DNA of 64,000 nucleotides from Spirochaetia bacterium (GCA_965203905.1 CBDBDQ010000005.1:736001-800000); one strand, 5' to 3'; shown: positions 18,106 to 28,277, counted from the stretch's first letter. Program-made: numbers and translations. The notes: generated by a model not told the origin, from the sequence alone.

Positions 18106-18498
18106 CTACTTCAGGTCCATCCTTGTGACCGGGATAAGGCGGTGTCCGAGCATGTCGACCGCCGCCTGCGACTGTTCCAGTATCACGTAGCCGATGAGCG
18201 GCTCGTACTCGCCGTTGGCGGGAGTCATGTCCAGGAACAGGACCTCGTTGAAGATCGGGCGGAACCCCTCGATCTCGATCCTGACCGGACCGCAGATCGC
18301 GCCTTCCACGGAATCCTGCGTCGCCGTCTCCAGCGCAACCGTCGCGACCTGCTCCAGATCGCCGAGGCGGTCTCGCCAGGCGGCCGGCAGCACCATGTGG
18401 GAGGCGCCGGTGTCCACCAATGCGTCACAGCGGAGGTGAGCTGCCGGGTCGCCGAGATTGGCGATCGTGACGGAAGCAACTATCCTTCCCATGCCCAT
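18106..18498 (-). CDS. Clan AA (retropepsin-like) aspartic protease
   Basis: ALVDTGAS catalytic motif and PLIGYVILE C-terminal motif. Confidence 0.85.
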   Translation of the reverse strand: MGMGRIVASVTIANLGDPAAHLRCDALVDTGASHMVLPAAWRDRLGDLEQVATVALETATQDSVEGAICGPVRIEIEGFRPIFNEVLFLDMTPANGEYEPLIGYVILEQSQAAVDMLGHRLIPVTRMDLK

Positions 18499-18539
18499 AC
18501 TAACGTAGCCCTGTCCGCTCCCGCTTTCAAAACTCCAGT

Positions 18540-18911
18540 TCAGCCGGAGCCCTTGCGGTAGTGCGGCTGGTAGAGCTGCACGCTCACGCCGCCCGGCATC
18601 GCGAACCGGGTGGTGAAGCCGAATCCGGCGTCGATCACCTCCTCTTCGAACTCCACGCCGCGCTGCTTCAGGTCCGCGACCGTGGCCTGGATGTCGTCGC
18701 AGTAGAAGGAGACGTCATGGGTGCCGGCGGGCTGGCCGTGGCTGCCGGACGGATCGGCGGGATGTACCCCCATGTCCGCCTCCGGCAGGTCGAAGATGAG
18801 CCAGCCGCCGCCAACGTCGGTAAACGAGTCGAAGCCCAGCTTGTCGCGCAGGAACTCGCGCAGCGCCTCCGGCTCCGACGAGAAGAACATCGTATGCACA
18901 CCTTTGATCAC
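18540..18911 (-). CDS. VOC / glyoxalase family protein
   Basis: FLRDKLGF and SFYCDDIQATVADLKQRGVEF. Confidence 0.85.
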   Translation of the reverse strand: MIKGVHTMFFSSEPEALREFLRDKLGFDSFTDVGGGWLIFDLPEADMGVHPADPSGSHGQPAGTHDVSFYCDDIQATVADLKQRGVEFEEEVIDAGFGFTTRFAMPGGVSVQLYQPHYRKGSG

Positions 18912-18930
18912 GGCAGCCCCCTGTTCCTTT

Positions 18931-19701
18931 CTATATCGGCCTCTGTGCCGGCACGACGTATCGGTTCGGCGCGCACACGTCTGCCAGGCAGCCGAGCTGC
19001 CGGATGCGCTCGTTGCGGCCGAGGAGCCGCAGCAGGTGCCAGCCGGTCACCTGGTTGGCGCTCAGCACCTTCTTCCCGAGGCGCCGCTCGAGGGACTGCA
19101 GGTGGGGTGCCAGGCGCTGGCCGCTGCAGCCGATGAACACCGCCTCTGCATCCGGCCGGTCGGCGGCTGCGGCGACCTCCGCCATCACCTGCACCGGCAC
19201 GATCGAGTGATCTTCCGGCAGATGCAGCGACTCGCTGGCCACCACCGCCACCCCCTGTTGCCGGATGAAGTCCGCGAACTTCGCCTCGACCTCGGGCAGG
19301 TACGGGCTCGCCACGGCGATCCGCTGCAGGCCGAGGGCCTGAAACGCGGCCACCATCGCCGTGGAGGTGGTAGTCGCCGGCAGGTTGGTCGCCGCGGCGA
19401 TGGCATCGGCAAGCCGCCGGTCACCGCCAACGCCGCGCACGAAGCTGATGGTGGTGCAGTAGTAGGCGATCCCGTCCGGCCGATACCGCAACAGGCGCCG
19501 TGCTGCCTCCTCCACCGTGCCGCCGTCGGCAATCGCGCGGTTGAGGGCCACGGAACTGGGACCGGGCAGCACCGGATGCGATGCGGTGACCAGTTCCACG
19601 TCCAGCGGCAGGTACTGGGCAAAGTCGGCGCACACCGGCTGCTTGTCGCGGTCCACCCAGACGTCATCGGGCCACACGCCGCCGATGGTGAGGCGCTTCA
19701 C
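18931..19701 (-). CDS. Maleate isomerase / Asp-Glu racemase family protein
   Basis: Two catalytic Cys contexts, YYCTTISF and FIGCSG; RIAVASPY; VLSANQ. Confidence 0.85.
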   Translation of the reverse strand: MKRLTIGGVWPDDVWVDRDKQPVCADFAQYLPLDVELVTASHPVLPGPSSVALNRAIADGGTVEEAARRLLRYRPDGIAYYCTTISFVRGVGGDRRLADAIAAATNLPATTTSTAMVAAFQALGLQRIAVASPYLPEVEAKFADFIRQQGVAVVASESLHLPEDHSIVPVQVMAEVAAAADRPDAEAVFIGCSGQRLAPHLQSLERRLGKKVLSANQVTGWHLLRLLGRNERIRQLGCLADVCAPNRYVVPAQRPI

Positions 19702-20189
19702 AAGTGTTCCAGGCGCCGGAAGCAGAGCCGCTCACCGACGGCGCCGGCGCGCCAGATGTCATTGCCGGCGGCGGTGACCTGCTCCAGGTTGCGCACGATG
19801 GTGGCGAACACGTTGCACGGCAGATAGCCTTCGCTCGGCGACAGCAGGATGTTGTTGCGATCGTAGAACACGGCCAGATCCACCGCGGCCTGACCGCTCA
19901 GGCCCTGCTGTGCGTCCGCCGGCAGGCGCACCCCGGCCGGCAGGTGGAGGTAGCCCACGTCGCCCTTGGCCGGCACGATGGTTCCGTTCTCGATGCCGAG
20001 CGGCTCGGCGGGAAACGCCGGCACCAGAGCATAGAACTCGTTGCCGGCGTACTTGGCGTGATATACGTCCCCTTCCTGCGGCAGCGCATCCCATACCGCC
20101 TGGCAGGTGCGCGGCGCCTGGTCGTCGAGCAAGGCGGCGACACAGGTGACTCCGCGCCGGCGCAGGCTGATCTCGATATATCGCGGCAT
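19698..20189 (-). CDS. DUF3830 family (cyclophilin-like fold) protein
   Basis: LLDDQAPRTCQAVWDALP, HAKYAGNE and DLAVFYDRNN; real ATG at 20189. Confidence 0.8.
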   Translation of the reverse strand: MPRYIEISLRRRGVTCVAALLDDQAPRTCQAVWDALPQEGDVYHAKYAGNEFYALVPAFPAEPLGIENGTIVPAKGDVGYLHLPAGVRLPADAQQGLSGQAAVDLAVFYDRNNILLSPSEGYLPCNVFATIVRNLEQVTAAGNDIWRAGAVGERLCFRRLEHL

Positions 20190-20276
20190 GTCGCTGTAAT
20201 AGCAGATTGACGAAGATCTTTCGCGCGATATGGTGAGGGACATGAAACAAGCCACGCCTCGCGGTAAGGCTGGCAG

Positions 20277-22322
20277 ATGATCCGGGTCGGCATCGACACC
20301 GGGGGGACCTTCACCGATCTGGTGGCGTTCGCTCCGGAAGGCGGAACGCTGGCGTTCCACAAGGTGGTCTCCACGCCTGACGATCCGGCGCGCGGCATCA
20401 TCCGCGGCATCCGCGAGATCGTCGACCGGGTCGGCGCCCGCGCCGAGGAGATCGAGCTGCTGGTCCACGGCACCACGGTGGCCACCAACGCCGTGCTGCA
20501 GCGTGCCGGGGCGCGCGTGGCTCTGATCACCACCGCCGGCTTCCGCGACGTGCTGCAGATCCAGCGCCAGGACCGCCCGCGGCTGTACGACCTGCGCGGC
20601 CGGCGCGCCCGGCCGCTGGTGCCGCGCGCGCTGCGCTTCGAGCTGCGCGAGCGGGTGCGCTTCGACGGCAGCGTGCAGACCCCGCTCGACCGCGCGCAGC
20701 TCGACGGCCTGGTCGACGCACTGCGCCGGGAACGGGTGGAGGCGGTTGCCGTCGGCCTCCTGCACAGTTACGCGAATCCGTCGCACGAGCTGGAGGTGGG
20801 CCGCGTGCTCGCGCAGCGCCTGCCGGAGACGGAGGTGTGCCTGTCGCACGAGGTGGCCGGCGAGCAGGGCGAGTACGAGCGCTTCAGTACCTGCGCGATG
20901 AACGCCTTCGTGCAGCCGGTGGTCGGGCGCTACCTGGGCCGCCTGGAGCGGGGCCTGGCCACGCACGGCGTCGACGCGCCGCTGTTCATCATGAAGTCCA
21001 GCGGCGGCGTGATGTCGGCGCAGGCCGCCTCCCGCCGCGCCGTTGAGACGGTGATGTCGGGCCCTGCCGGCGGCATCGTGGCCGGCGCCGCGGTCGCCCG
21101 CTCGGAGGCGCGCTGTCGCAACCTGATCACGGCGGACATGGGCGGCACCAGCTTCGACGTCGGCGTGGTACAGGAGGGCGCGGTCGGGTTCGCCCGCGAC
21201 ACCGAGATGGGCGGGCTCGCCATCAGCGTCCCGATGCTCGACATCCATTCGGTGGGCGCCGGCGGCGGCAGCATCGGCTGGATCGACGCCGGCGGCGCAC
21301 TGCGCGTCGGCCCGCACTCGGCGGGTGCGCGGCCGGGACCGGCCTGCTACGGACTGGGCGGATCCGAGCCGACCGTGACCGACGCCAACCTGGTGCTGGG
21401 GCGGCTGGGCGCGGAGTCGCTGCTCGGCGGCGGCATGGCGATCGCTCCGGAGGCGGCGCGGCGGGCGATCCACGACCGGCTGGCCGGCCCGCTGCGGATC
21501 ACCGTCGAGGCGGCCGCGGAGGGGATGATCCGGGTGGTCAACGCGGCGATGACCGCCGCCATTCGCAAGCTGACGGTGGAACGCGGTCACGACCCGCGCG
21601 AATTCGCGCTCTGTCCCTTCGGCGGCGCCGGCCCGCTGCACGGTGCCGAGCTGGCGGCGGAGCTCGGCGTCGGCCACACCATCGTGCCGCTGGCACCCGG
21701 CGTGAATTCCGCGATCGGCCTGCTGATGACCGACCTGCGCGAGGATCGCATCGCCACCTTCGTGCGGCGGCTGGACCGTACCACCGCGACCGAACTGGAG
21801 CGGCTGTTCGCGGCGCTGGAGGAGTCCGCCCGCGAACGGCTGCGGCCCTCGGCGAACGGCGCCGGCGAGCTGCGCCTGACCCGCGCCCTCGGCCAGCGCT
21901 ACCTGGGCCAGCGGTACGAGCTGCCGGTCGCGGTGGAGCCGGGACCGCTCGACCTGGGCCGGATCGCCGAGCGGTTCCACACCGAGCACGAGCGCACCTA
22001 CGGCTATGCGCGCGCCGAGCACCCGGTGGAGGTGCACAGCGCCTGGGTGTCGGCCGAGGCCGACCTGCAGCCCCTGCGCCTCCCGCCGGTGGCGCGCGCC
22101 AGCGGCGACCCCGAGCCGGCGGCGGTGCGCCAGGTGCACTTCGCCGGCGCGAGCTGCGAGACGCCGGTCTTCCAGCGGGACGCGCTGGGCGCCGGTACGA
22201 CCCTGACCGGCCCGGCGATCATCGAGCAACTCGACGCCACCACGGCGCTGTGGCCCGGGCAGCGCCTGGAGGTGGACCGTCACGGACAGTTCCTGCTCGG
22301 CCCGTTGGAGAGCGCCTCATGA
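20277..22322 (+). CDS. Hydantoinase A / 5-oxoprolinase (ATP-dependent) subunit
   Basis: GIDTGGTFTD, HGTTVATNA, SGPAGG, DMGGTSFD and PGPACYG motifs. Confidence 0.95.
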   Translation: MIRVGIDTGGTFTDLVAFAPEGGTLAFHKVVSTPDDPARGIIRGIREIVDRVGARAEEIELLVHGTTVATNAVLQRAGARVALITTAGFRDVLQIQRQDRPRLYDLRGRRARPLVPRALRFELRERVRFDGSVQTPLDRAQLDGLVDALRRERVEAVAVGLLHSYANPSHELEVGRVLAQRLPETEVCLSHEVAGEQGEYERFSTCAMNAFVQPVVGRYLGRLERGLATHGVDAPLFIMKSSGGVMSAQAASRRAVETVMSGPAGGIVAGAAVARSEARCRNLITADMGGTSFDVGVVQEGAVGFARDTEMGGLAISVPMLDIHSVGAGGGSIGWIDAGGALRVGPHSAGARPGPACYGLGGSEPTVTDANLVLGRLGAESLLGGGMAIAPEAARRAIHDRLAGPLRITVEAAAEGMIRVVNAAMTAAIRKLTVERGHDPREFALCPFGGAGPLHGAELAAELGVGHTIVPLAPGVNSAIGLLMTDLREDRIATFVRRLDRTTATELERLFAALEESARERLRPSANGAGELRLTRALGQRYLGQRYELPVAVEPGPLDLGRIAERFHTEHERTYGYARAEHPVEVHSAWVSAEADLQPLRLPPVARASGDPEPAAVRQVHFAGASCETPVFQRDALGAGTTLTGPAIIEQLDATTALWPGQRLEVDRHGQFLLGPLESAS

Positions 22323-24034
22323 GCGCCGGGCGCCCGCTCGATCCCGTCACCCTCGAGATCATGCGCAACCGCTGGAAGGGGATCGCCGAGGAGTGCTGCG
22401 CGGCGCTGGTGCGTGCCAGCCACTCCACCAACATCAAGGACCGCCGTGACTGCTCGGTGGCGCTGGCGTTGCCGGATGGCGAGATCGTGGCCCAGGCCGA
22501 GGTGGGCACCCCGCTGCACCTGGGCGTGATGCCGGGCGTGATCCGCGCCATTCTGGCGCGCTACCCGGTAGCGCGGATGCAGCCGGGGGATGTCTACGGC
22601 ACCAACCTGCCCTACCCGGAGGGGCCGGGCCATCTGCCCGACCTGTCGCTGGTCTCCCCCATATTCCACGACGGGCGCCCGATCGCGCTGGCAGCGTCCA
22701 CCGCCCACCACGTCGACATGGGCGGCTACGCCCCGGGCAGCATGCCGTTCGGCGTCACCGAGATCTACCAGGAAGGACTGCAGATCCCGCCGCTGCCGCT
22801 GGTGCGGCAGGACCGCTTCGACGAGAACCTGCTGCGCCTGATCGAGCAGAACGTGCGCACCGAGTACGAGGTGCGCGGCGACCTGATGGCCCAGTACGCC
22901 GTGGCCAGGAAGGCCGAGCAGCGGGTGACGGAGCTGCTGGCCCGCGTCGGCGCCGCCGAACTGGTGCGCTACATGAAGGAGATTCTCGACCACGCCGAGC
23001 GCTGCATGCGCTCCGGCATCGCCGCGCTGCCCGACGGCACCTACCGCTTCGAGGACTTCCTGGACGACGACGGCGTCACCGACGAGCCGGTGAAGATCGC
23101 CGTGGCCGTGTGCATCGCCGGCGACGAGTTGAGCGCGGACTTCAGCGGCAGCAGCCGCCAGGTGCTGGGACCGCTCAACGCCCGCATCAGCGCCGCGCAA
23201 TCAGCGGTCTACTACACCTGCAAGGCGGTGATCGACCCCGACCTGCCCACCTGCGCCGGCTCCTACCGCCCGATCCACGTCCACGCCCCGGAGGGCAGCA
23301 TCCTGCAGGCGGCCTACCCCGCCGCCATCGGCCAGGCCAACATCCTCACCGACCAGCGCGTGGTGGACGTGCTGCTCGGGGCCCTGGCGCAGTGCGTGCC
23401 GGAGCGGGTGTGTGCCGCCTGCAGCGGCGAGATGAACCTGGTCAACATCGGCGGCATCGACAGCCGGCACGGACCCACCGAGGGGGTCTACTACAACTAC
23501 GTGGAGACCTACGCCGGTGGCCAGGGTGCCTGCCACGACCTGGACGGCGGCGACGGCGTGCACACCCACCTCACCAACACCCGCAACGCCGCGGTGGAGG
23601 TGATCGAGAGCACCTATCCGCTGGAGGTGGTGCGCTACGGCCTGCTGCCCGACACCGAGGGGGCGGGAACGCGGCGCGGCGGCTGCGGCATGATACGCGA
23701 GCTGCGCTGCCTGGCCGAGCGCACGGTGGTCAGCATGGGCTCCGACCGGCGCCGTTTCACGCCCTGGGGGCTGGAGGGCGGCCACCACGCCGCGGGGGCG
23801 CACGCCTACGTCACCTCCCCCGGCGGCAGCGTGCGTGAAGTGCCGACCAAGGTGGTGGTGGAGCTGGGCCGGGGCGACCTGTTCCGGGTGGAGACCCCCG
23901 GCGGAGGCGGCTGGGGCGACCCGCGGCAGCGTCCCGCGGCGGAGGTGCGGCGCGACGTTGCGGAGGGCCTGGTAAGCGCGCAGCGGGCACGAGACATTTA
24001 CGGCCATCGACTCGAAGAGGAGGCATCCGAATGA
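22319..24034 (+). CDS. Hydantoinase B / oxoprolinase subunit
   Basis: DPVTLEI, GHLPD, HHVDMGG, EIYQEGLQIP and TPGGGGWGDP motifs; ATGA overlap. Confidence 0.95.
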   Translation: MSAGRPLDPVTLEIMRNRWKGIAEECCAALVRASHSTNIKDRRDCSVALALPDGEIVAQAEVGTPLHLGVMPGVIRAILARYPVARMQPGDVYGTNLPYPEGPGHLPDLSLVSPIFHDGRPIALAASTAHHVDMGGYAPGSMPFGVTEIYQEGLQIPPLPLVRQDRFDENLLRLIEQNVRTEYEVRGDLMAQYAVARKAEQRVTELLARVGAAELVRYMKEILDHAERCMRSGIAALPDGTYRFEDFLDDDGVTDEPVKIAVAVCIAGDELSADFSGSSRQVLGPLNARISAAQSAVYYTCKAVIDPDLPTCAGSYRPIHVHAPEGSILQAAYPAAIGQANILTDQRVVDVLLGALAQCVPERVCAACSGEMNLVNIGGIDSRHGPTEGVYYNYVETYAGGQGACHDLDGGDGVHTHLTNTRNAAVEVIESTYPLEVVRYGLLPDTEGAGTRRGGCGMIRELRCLAERTVVSMGSDRRRFTPWGLEGGHHAAGAHAYVTSPGGSVREVPTKVVVELGRGDLFRVETPGGGGWGDPRQRPAAEVRRDVAEGLVSAQRARDIYGHRLEEEASE

Positions 24035-25089
24035 GAAAACGCAAGGCCACCCACCTGCTTGAGCGCAGGGTGATCTTCCACGCCAATGCCCGGTTCCGTT
24101 GGAATGGCTGCGGTGGGATTTCCGGGACCACGGACGCGCTGGTGGCAAGCTGGTACACGGGCGGAGACACGGAACCCGCGCCCGAGAACCAGGTCGTATG
24201 GTCTCGGTCCCTCGATGGGGGCCATACCTGGTCTGCGCCCGAGGTGATCGCGGACCCGCCCGGGCTGGTTCGTGCGGGAGATCCGGTGTTGTGGCGTGAC
24301 GACGACGGCATCGTCAACATCACCTACGGAATCAACGACCTGCGCCTGGACGCAGGCGACTGGACCTTCGTGCGCCATACCTGTGCCGACCCGGCCGCCC
24401 CGCAGCTTGTCTGGAGCGCTCCGCAGGAGATCGCTGGGCCCGAAATCGGCGACTACTTCTTCAACAACAAACCGATCCGGCTCGACAACGGCGATTGGCT
24501 GATACCGGTGACGGTACGCACGCAGCCCAGCCGCGGCCGGCCGTACCATGAGGGTTTCTACGCCGTCGGTGCGCTGGTGTCGGCGGACGCGGGGACCACC
24601 TGGACGGGGTACAAGTCGGGCGATTTCGAGAAGAGCGGGTACGGTCCGAAGGATATCTGCGTGCACGAGGCAGGCGCTTTTCAGCGCGAGGACGGCACCG
24701 TGGTTATCCTGGTACGGAACAGTTGGGGGCTGCTCCATGCAACGGAATCGAGCGACCGCGGGCAGACGTGGAGCGAGTTCTATCCGACCGCCATAGCCAA
24801 CCCCAGCACCCGTTTTCATGTGCGCAAGCTGCCCCAGGGTCCGGTGATATGCCTCAACAACCCGAACGCCTCGCTCATCGGCAACGGCCGTGACCGGAGA
24901 TCGCCGCTGGCGATGCACATTTCCTATGACGATGGGCACACATTCGAGCGTATCGTGATCCTCGACGTCTACGGGCACACGATGTATCCGGACGCCGAGC
25001 TCGATCCGGACGGGAACCGGCTGCACCTCTTCTATGAGAACCGCAAGGACGTGTTCTACGCGTCCCTGGAGCTGGCCGAGGTGCTCTAA
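24031..25089 (+). CDS. Sialidase-like BNR/Asp-box beta-propeller protein
   Basis: Four Asp boxes (SLDGGHTW, SADAGTTW, SSDRGQTW, SYDDGHTF), RSPL and MYPD; no signal peptide. Confidence 0.8.
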   Translation: MRKRKATHLLERRVIFHANARFRWNGCGGISGTTDALVASWYTGGDTEPAPENQVVWSRSLDGGHTWSAPEVIADPPGLVRAGDPVLWRDDDGIVNITYGINDLRLDAGDWTFVRHTCADPAAPQLVWSAPQEIAGPEIGDYFFNNKPIRLDNGDWLIPVTVRTQPSRGRPYHEGFYAVGALVSADAGTTWTGYKSGDFEKSGYGPKDICVHEAGAFQREDGTVVILVRNSWGLLHATESSDRGQTWSEFYPTAIANPSTRFHVRKLPQGPVICLNNPNASLIGNGRDRRSPLAMHISYDDGHTFERIVILDVYGHTMYPDAELDPDGNRLHLFYENRKDVFYASLELAEVL

Positions 25090-25102
25090 AGACCCGGAAG
25101 AC

Positions 25103-26080
25103 TCACGCGCAGTCCGGATCTCCTTCCGGCCAGCGCTGAAATGACGCGGGGGGCGCTGCCGCGAGTCGCTCCCGCGCGCGCTCCCAGAGTGCCGCCCACG
25201 CCGCAGCGTCGGGGAGCACGCTCTCGGGCGCGCGGCGGCTGCGAGCGACGAAGCCCGGGAACCACGGCCGGCCGGTGGGCTCGCCGATCGGTTGATAGCG
25301 CAGGTCCACGCTCCAGCGAATGTCGTTGCTCAGGTTGGGCAACGAGGCGTGCATCGTCAGCCTGGTAAGGAACAGCACGTCACCGGGTTCCATCTCCAGC
25401 GCGACGCGGCGGGCGCCGACCAGCCGTTCGGGTATCCCCTGGCGGCTGTAGTTCGATCGTTGATCGTGACAGTGCGTCACGAGACCTCGCCGGTGACTGC
25501 CCGGCGCCACCAGCAGGCAGCCGTTGTCGCGGGTAGCTTCGGTGATCGGCAGCCACACCGTCAGAATCTGGCTGTCGTCCGCTTCCGGCATGATCGTCGC
25601 CAAGTCCTGGTGCCAGACCGTCTGGGCGATTTCTCCGACAATCGTAGCAGCCCCCGCGAGACACTCTTCGGGAGGCTTGATCCGCACATGCTGGGTCGGA
25701 TTGGAGTAGATCTCGGGGCCGACCATGACCTCTACCGCATCGAGCAGGCGTGGGTTGGTTAACAGTCCGAAGGCGGCTGGGCCGCAGTGGACCGGCGTGT
25801 CGGTGGTGACTCCCTTCTGCGGCAGGCAGATGTCCAGGTGGTTCGCAAGCGTCCCTCCCGTCTCCCTGACGAGCGCCTGGAAACGCGCGCCGAACGGCAG
25901 ATCCGGGTGCGCGGACGAGACGACTCCCTCGGACTCGAGTTGTACCGCTACCGCGTCCAGCAGCGCCTCATACTCGACACGAAGCGGGGCCAGGTCGCGC
26001 TCCGGGTCAAGGAGTCCAGGCACCACCAAGTAGCCATCCTCGGCCAGGCGGGCACGGGCCGCCTCGTCCACTGTCGCCAT
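25103..26080 (-). CDS. PhyH-family Fe(II)/2OG dioxygenase
   Basis: WHQD, NGCLLVAPGSH and MHASLPN...R; alternative start at 26104. Confidence 0.9.
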   Translation of the reverse strand: MATVDEAARARLAEDGYLVVPGLLDPERDLAPLRVEYEALLDAVAVQLESEGVVSSAHPDLPFGARFQALVRETGGTLANHLDICLPQKGVTTDTPVHCGPAAFGLLTNPRLLDAVEVMVGPEIYSNPTQHVRIKPPEECLAGAATIVGEIAQTVWHQDLATIMPEADDSQILTVWLPITEATRDNGCLLVAPGSHRRGLVTHCHDQRSNYSRQGIPERLVGARRVALEMEPGDVLFLTRLTMHASLPNLSNDIRWSVDLRYQPIGEPTGRPWFPGFVARSRRAPESVLPDAAAWAALWERARERLAAAPPASFQRWPEGDPDCA

Positions 26081-26143
26081 AGAAGCTCCTCGGACGGCAC
26101 TCACCGGTGCCGCCGGTCAGAATACGTCAACGTAACACAGACC

Positions 26144-27655
26144 CTAAGCGCCGGCGATGCGCGGCATCGGCAGCGGCTCCCTGCCCAGCTCCGCGTGCAG
26201 CAACCTGCGGATCAGGTCGTTCTTCAGTTCGCGGGCCGCGGGCACGTCCCAGAGGTTGCGGACCTCGTGCGGGTCGGCGGCCAGGTCGAACAGCTCGCCG
26301 TAGTCGCGGTGGTAGTAGACGGTCAGCTTGTAGCGCTCGTCGATGAAGGTGCGGAGATGGATCGTGGTGGGCTCGTGGCGGTTCTCGACCAGCACGTGAT
26401 CGCGCAGCGCATCGCTGCGGCCGTACCAGACGGCGCTCTGATCGATGCCGGTCATCGCCGCGGGAATGGGAGTGCCGGTGGCCGCCAGGAACGTGGGCGC
26501 GAAGTCGACCAGCGACTGCAGGGCAGCGCAACGGCGGCCGGCCGGCACCGCGCCCGGCTGTGCCACGATCAGCGGCACGCGCAGCAGGTCCTCGTAGTGG
26601 AACGGCCCCTTGGCGGTGAGGCCGTGCTGGCCGAACAGGTGGCCGTGGTCGGAGGTGAACACCACCAGCGTGTCCGCGGCCAGTCGCAGCGCCTCCAGCC
26701 GCTCGAGGATGCGCCCGACCTGGTGGTCCAGCAGACTGACCATCCCGTAGTAGCAGGCGACGTCCCGGGCCAGCTCCTCCCGGTCGTGGAGATGCGAGGT
26801 GAGCCCGTGCAGCCCCTGGCCGCTCTCCCGCCAGGGCGAGAAGTCGGGGTCCTGCGTCTGGGTGAGGCGGAAGTGCGGCGGGTTGGCGTCGTGCTCGCCC
26901 GGTACCAGCGCCGGCACGGTCAGCGCGGACGGATCGTACATCCGGTCCCACGGCTCCGGGACCAGGTACTTGGGGTGAGGATCGAAGAAGCTCGCCCACA
27001 GGAAGAACCGCTCCCCGCGCCCGGCGTAGCCGTCCAGCAGATCGCAGCAGCGCTCGGCGATCCAGGTGCCGTAGTGAAACGCCTCCGGGATCTGCCAGGT
27101 TCGCCGCTGACGGTCGTTGGTGCCGGTGGGCGGGCGGAAGTAGTCGCGCCAGTTGCTCAGCCCCCGCTGCTCCATCCAGAGGGCGTAGTGCTGGCCGACG
27201 TGCGCTTCGTCGGTGTGGTTGCGCGCCAGCTCGACGTGGTCGAAGCCGTAGAACGGGCCGCGGAACCGGCGCCAGAACGCCAGGTCCTGGAGCGTGGGAT
27301 ACGCCTCCAGCGAAGGGAACTCCGCGCTGCCGGCCAACGGCTGGAAGTGCGCCTTGCCCACCAGCGCTGTGCGTACGCCGGCCGCCTGCAGGTCCTCGCC
27401 CACGGTGTGCTCGGACTCCAGCAGCTTGGTGCCCAGCGACCAGGCACCGTGCTGGCTCGGGTACTTGCCGGTGATGATCGAGGCGCGGGTCGGGGTGCAG
27501 GTGGGATTGGGACAGTAGGCGCGAGTGAACAGCGTGCCCTGCGCCCCCAGCCGGTCGAGGTTCGGGGTGCGGATCTCCGGGTTGAGGCAACCCAGGGTGT
27601 TCCAGTGCTGTTGGTCGGAGGTGATCAGGAGGACGTTGCGTGCGGCACTCGGCAT
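26144..27655 (-). CDS. Cys-type sulfatase
   Basis: NVLLITSDQ, CTPTRASIITG, VGKAH, FTSDHG and ELFDLAADPHE motifs. Confidence 0.93.
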   Translation of the reverse strand: MPSAARNVLLITSDQQHWNTLGCLNPEIRTPNLDRLGAQGTLFTRAYCPNPTCTPTRASIITGKYPSQHGAWSLGTKLLESEHTVGEDLQAAGVRTALVGKAHFQPLAGSAEFPSLEAYPTLQDLAFWRRFRGPFYGFDHVELARNHTDEAHVGQHYALWMEQRGLSNWRDYFRPPTGTNDRQRRTWQIPEAFHYGTWIAERCCDLLDGYAGRGERFFLWASFFDPHPKYLVPEPWDRMYDPSALTVPALVPGEHDANPPHFRLTQTQDPDFSPWRESGQGLHGLTSHLHDREELARDVACYYGMVSLLDHQVGRILERLEALRLAADTLVVFTSDHGHLFGQHGLTAKGPFHYEDLLRVPLIVAQPGAVPAGRRCAALQSLVDFAPTFLAATGTPIPAAMTGIDQSAVWYGRSDALRDHVLVENRHEPTTIHLRTFIDERYKLTVYYHRDYGELFDLAADPHEVRNLWDVPAARELKNDLIRRLLHAELGREPLPMPRIAGA

Positions 27656-27782
27656 GGGGCGCATCATACCCGCCATGGCGGCGGCGGCGGTTTCCCCCCG
27701 GACCACGTGGGGCTATCTTGGTGCCGCCTGCAGCGAAGCATCTCGCCCGGCGAGTTGCAGCGGGCAAGAAGGAGGACCGAAG

Positions 27783-28277
27783 GTGGGTGATCTACCGACC
27801 TACGTGCTGGAACGGACGTTCGATGCACCGCGTGAACTGGTGTGGAAGGGCTGGACCGACCCGGAGCTGTTGGCTCACTGGTACGGTCCGGGGGTGGAGA
27901 CGACGGTCCATCGCCTGGAACTGAAGCCCGGCGGATTGTGGCTCCTGGAGATGCAATGGGGTGGCAACTCCCAGTATCAGCGCGTGGAGTACACCGAGGT
28001 GAGTGCACCGCAGCGCCTGGTGTGGCTGCACTCGTCCGCCGACGCCGACTGGAACGTCATCGACAACCCGATGATGCCCGGCTGGCCGCGGGTGCTGCTG
28101 ACCACCGTGACGTTCGAGCAGGAGGACGCGCAAACCAGGCTGCGCCTGACCTGGGTGCCGCACGCGGCGAGCGAAGCCGAGATCGCCTGCTTCGCCGACG
28201 CCGTGGCCGGCATGGACAAGGGCTGGGGCGCCGGCATGGACCTGCTCAAGGAACTGCTCGCCGAACTGCAGGGCTGA
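27783..28277 (+). CDS. SRPBCC / AHSA1 domain protein
   Basis: LERTFDAPRELVWKGWTDPELLAHW...GWG; AAGGAGG RBS before GTG. Confidence 0.9.
   Translation: MGDLPTYVLERTFDAPRELVWKGWTDPELLAHWYGPGVETTVHRLELKPGGLWLLEMQWGGNSQYQRVEYTEVSAPQRLVWLHSSADADWNVIDNPMMPGWPRVLLTTVTFEQEDAQTRLRLTWVPHAASEAEIACFADAVAGMDKGWGAGMDLLKELLAELQG

Noticed and set aside
18931-19701. Specific call as ectoine utilisation EutA or maleate isomerase
   Set aside because: No eut/doe or nicotinate pathway genes nearby; family-level call only
20190-22283. 861-aa ORF suggesting a large DUF3830 fusion
   Set aside because: The upstream 698 codons are the antisense of hydantoinase A; the real start is the ATG at 20189
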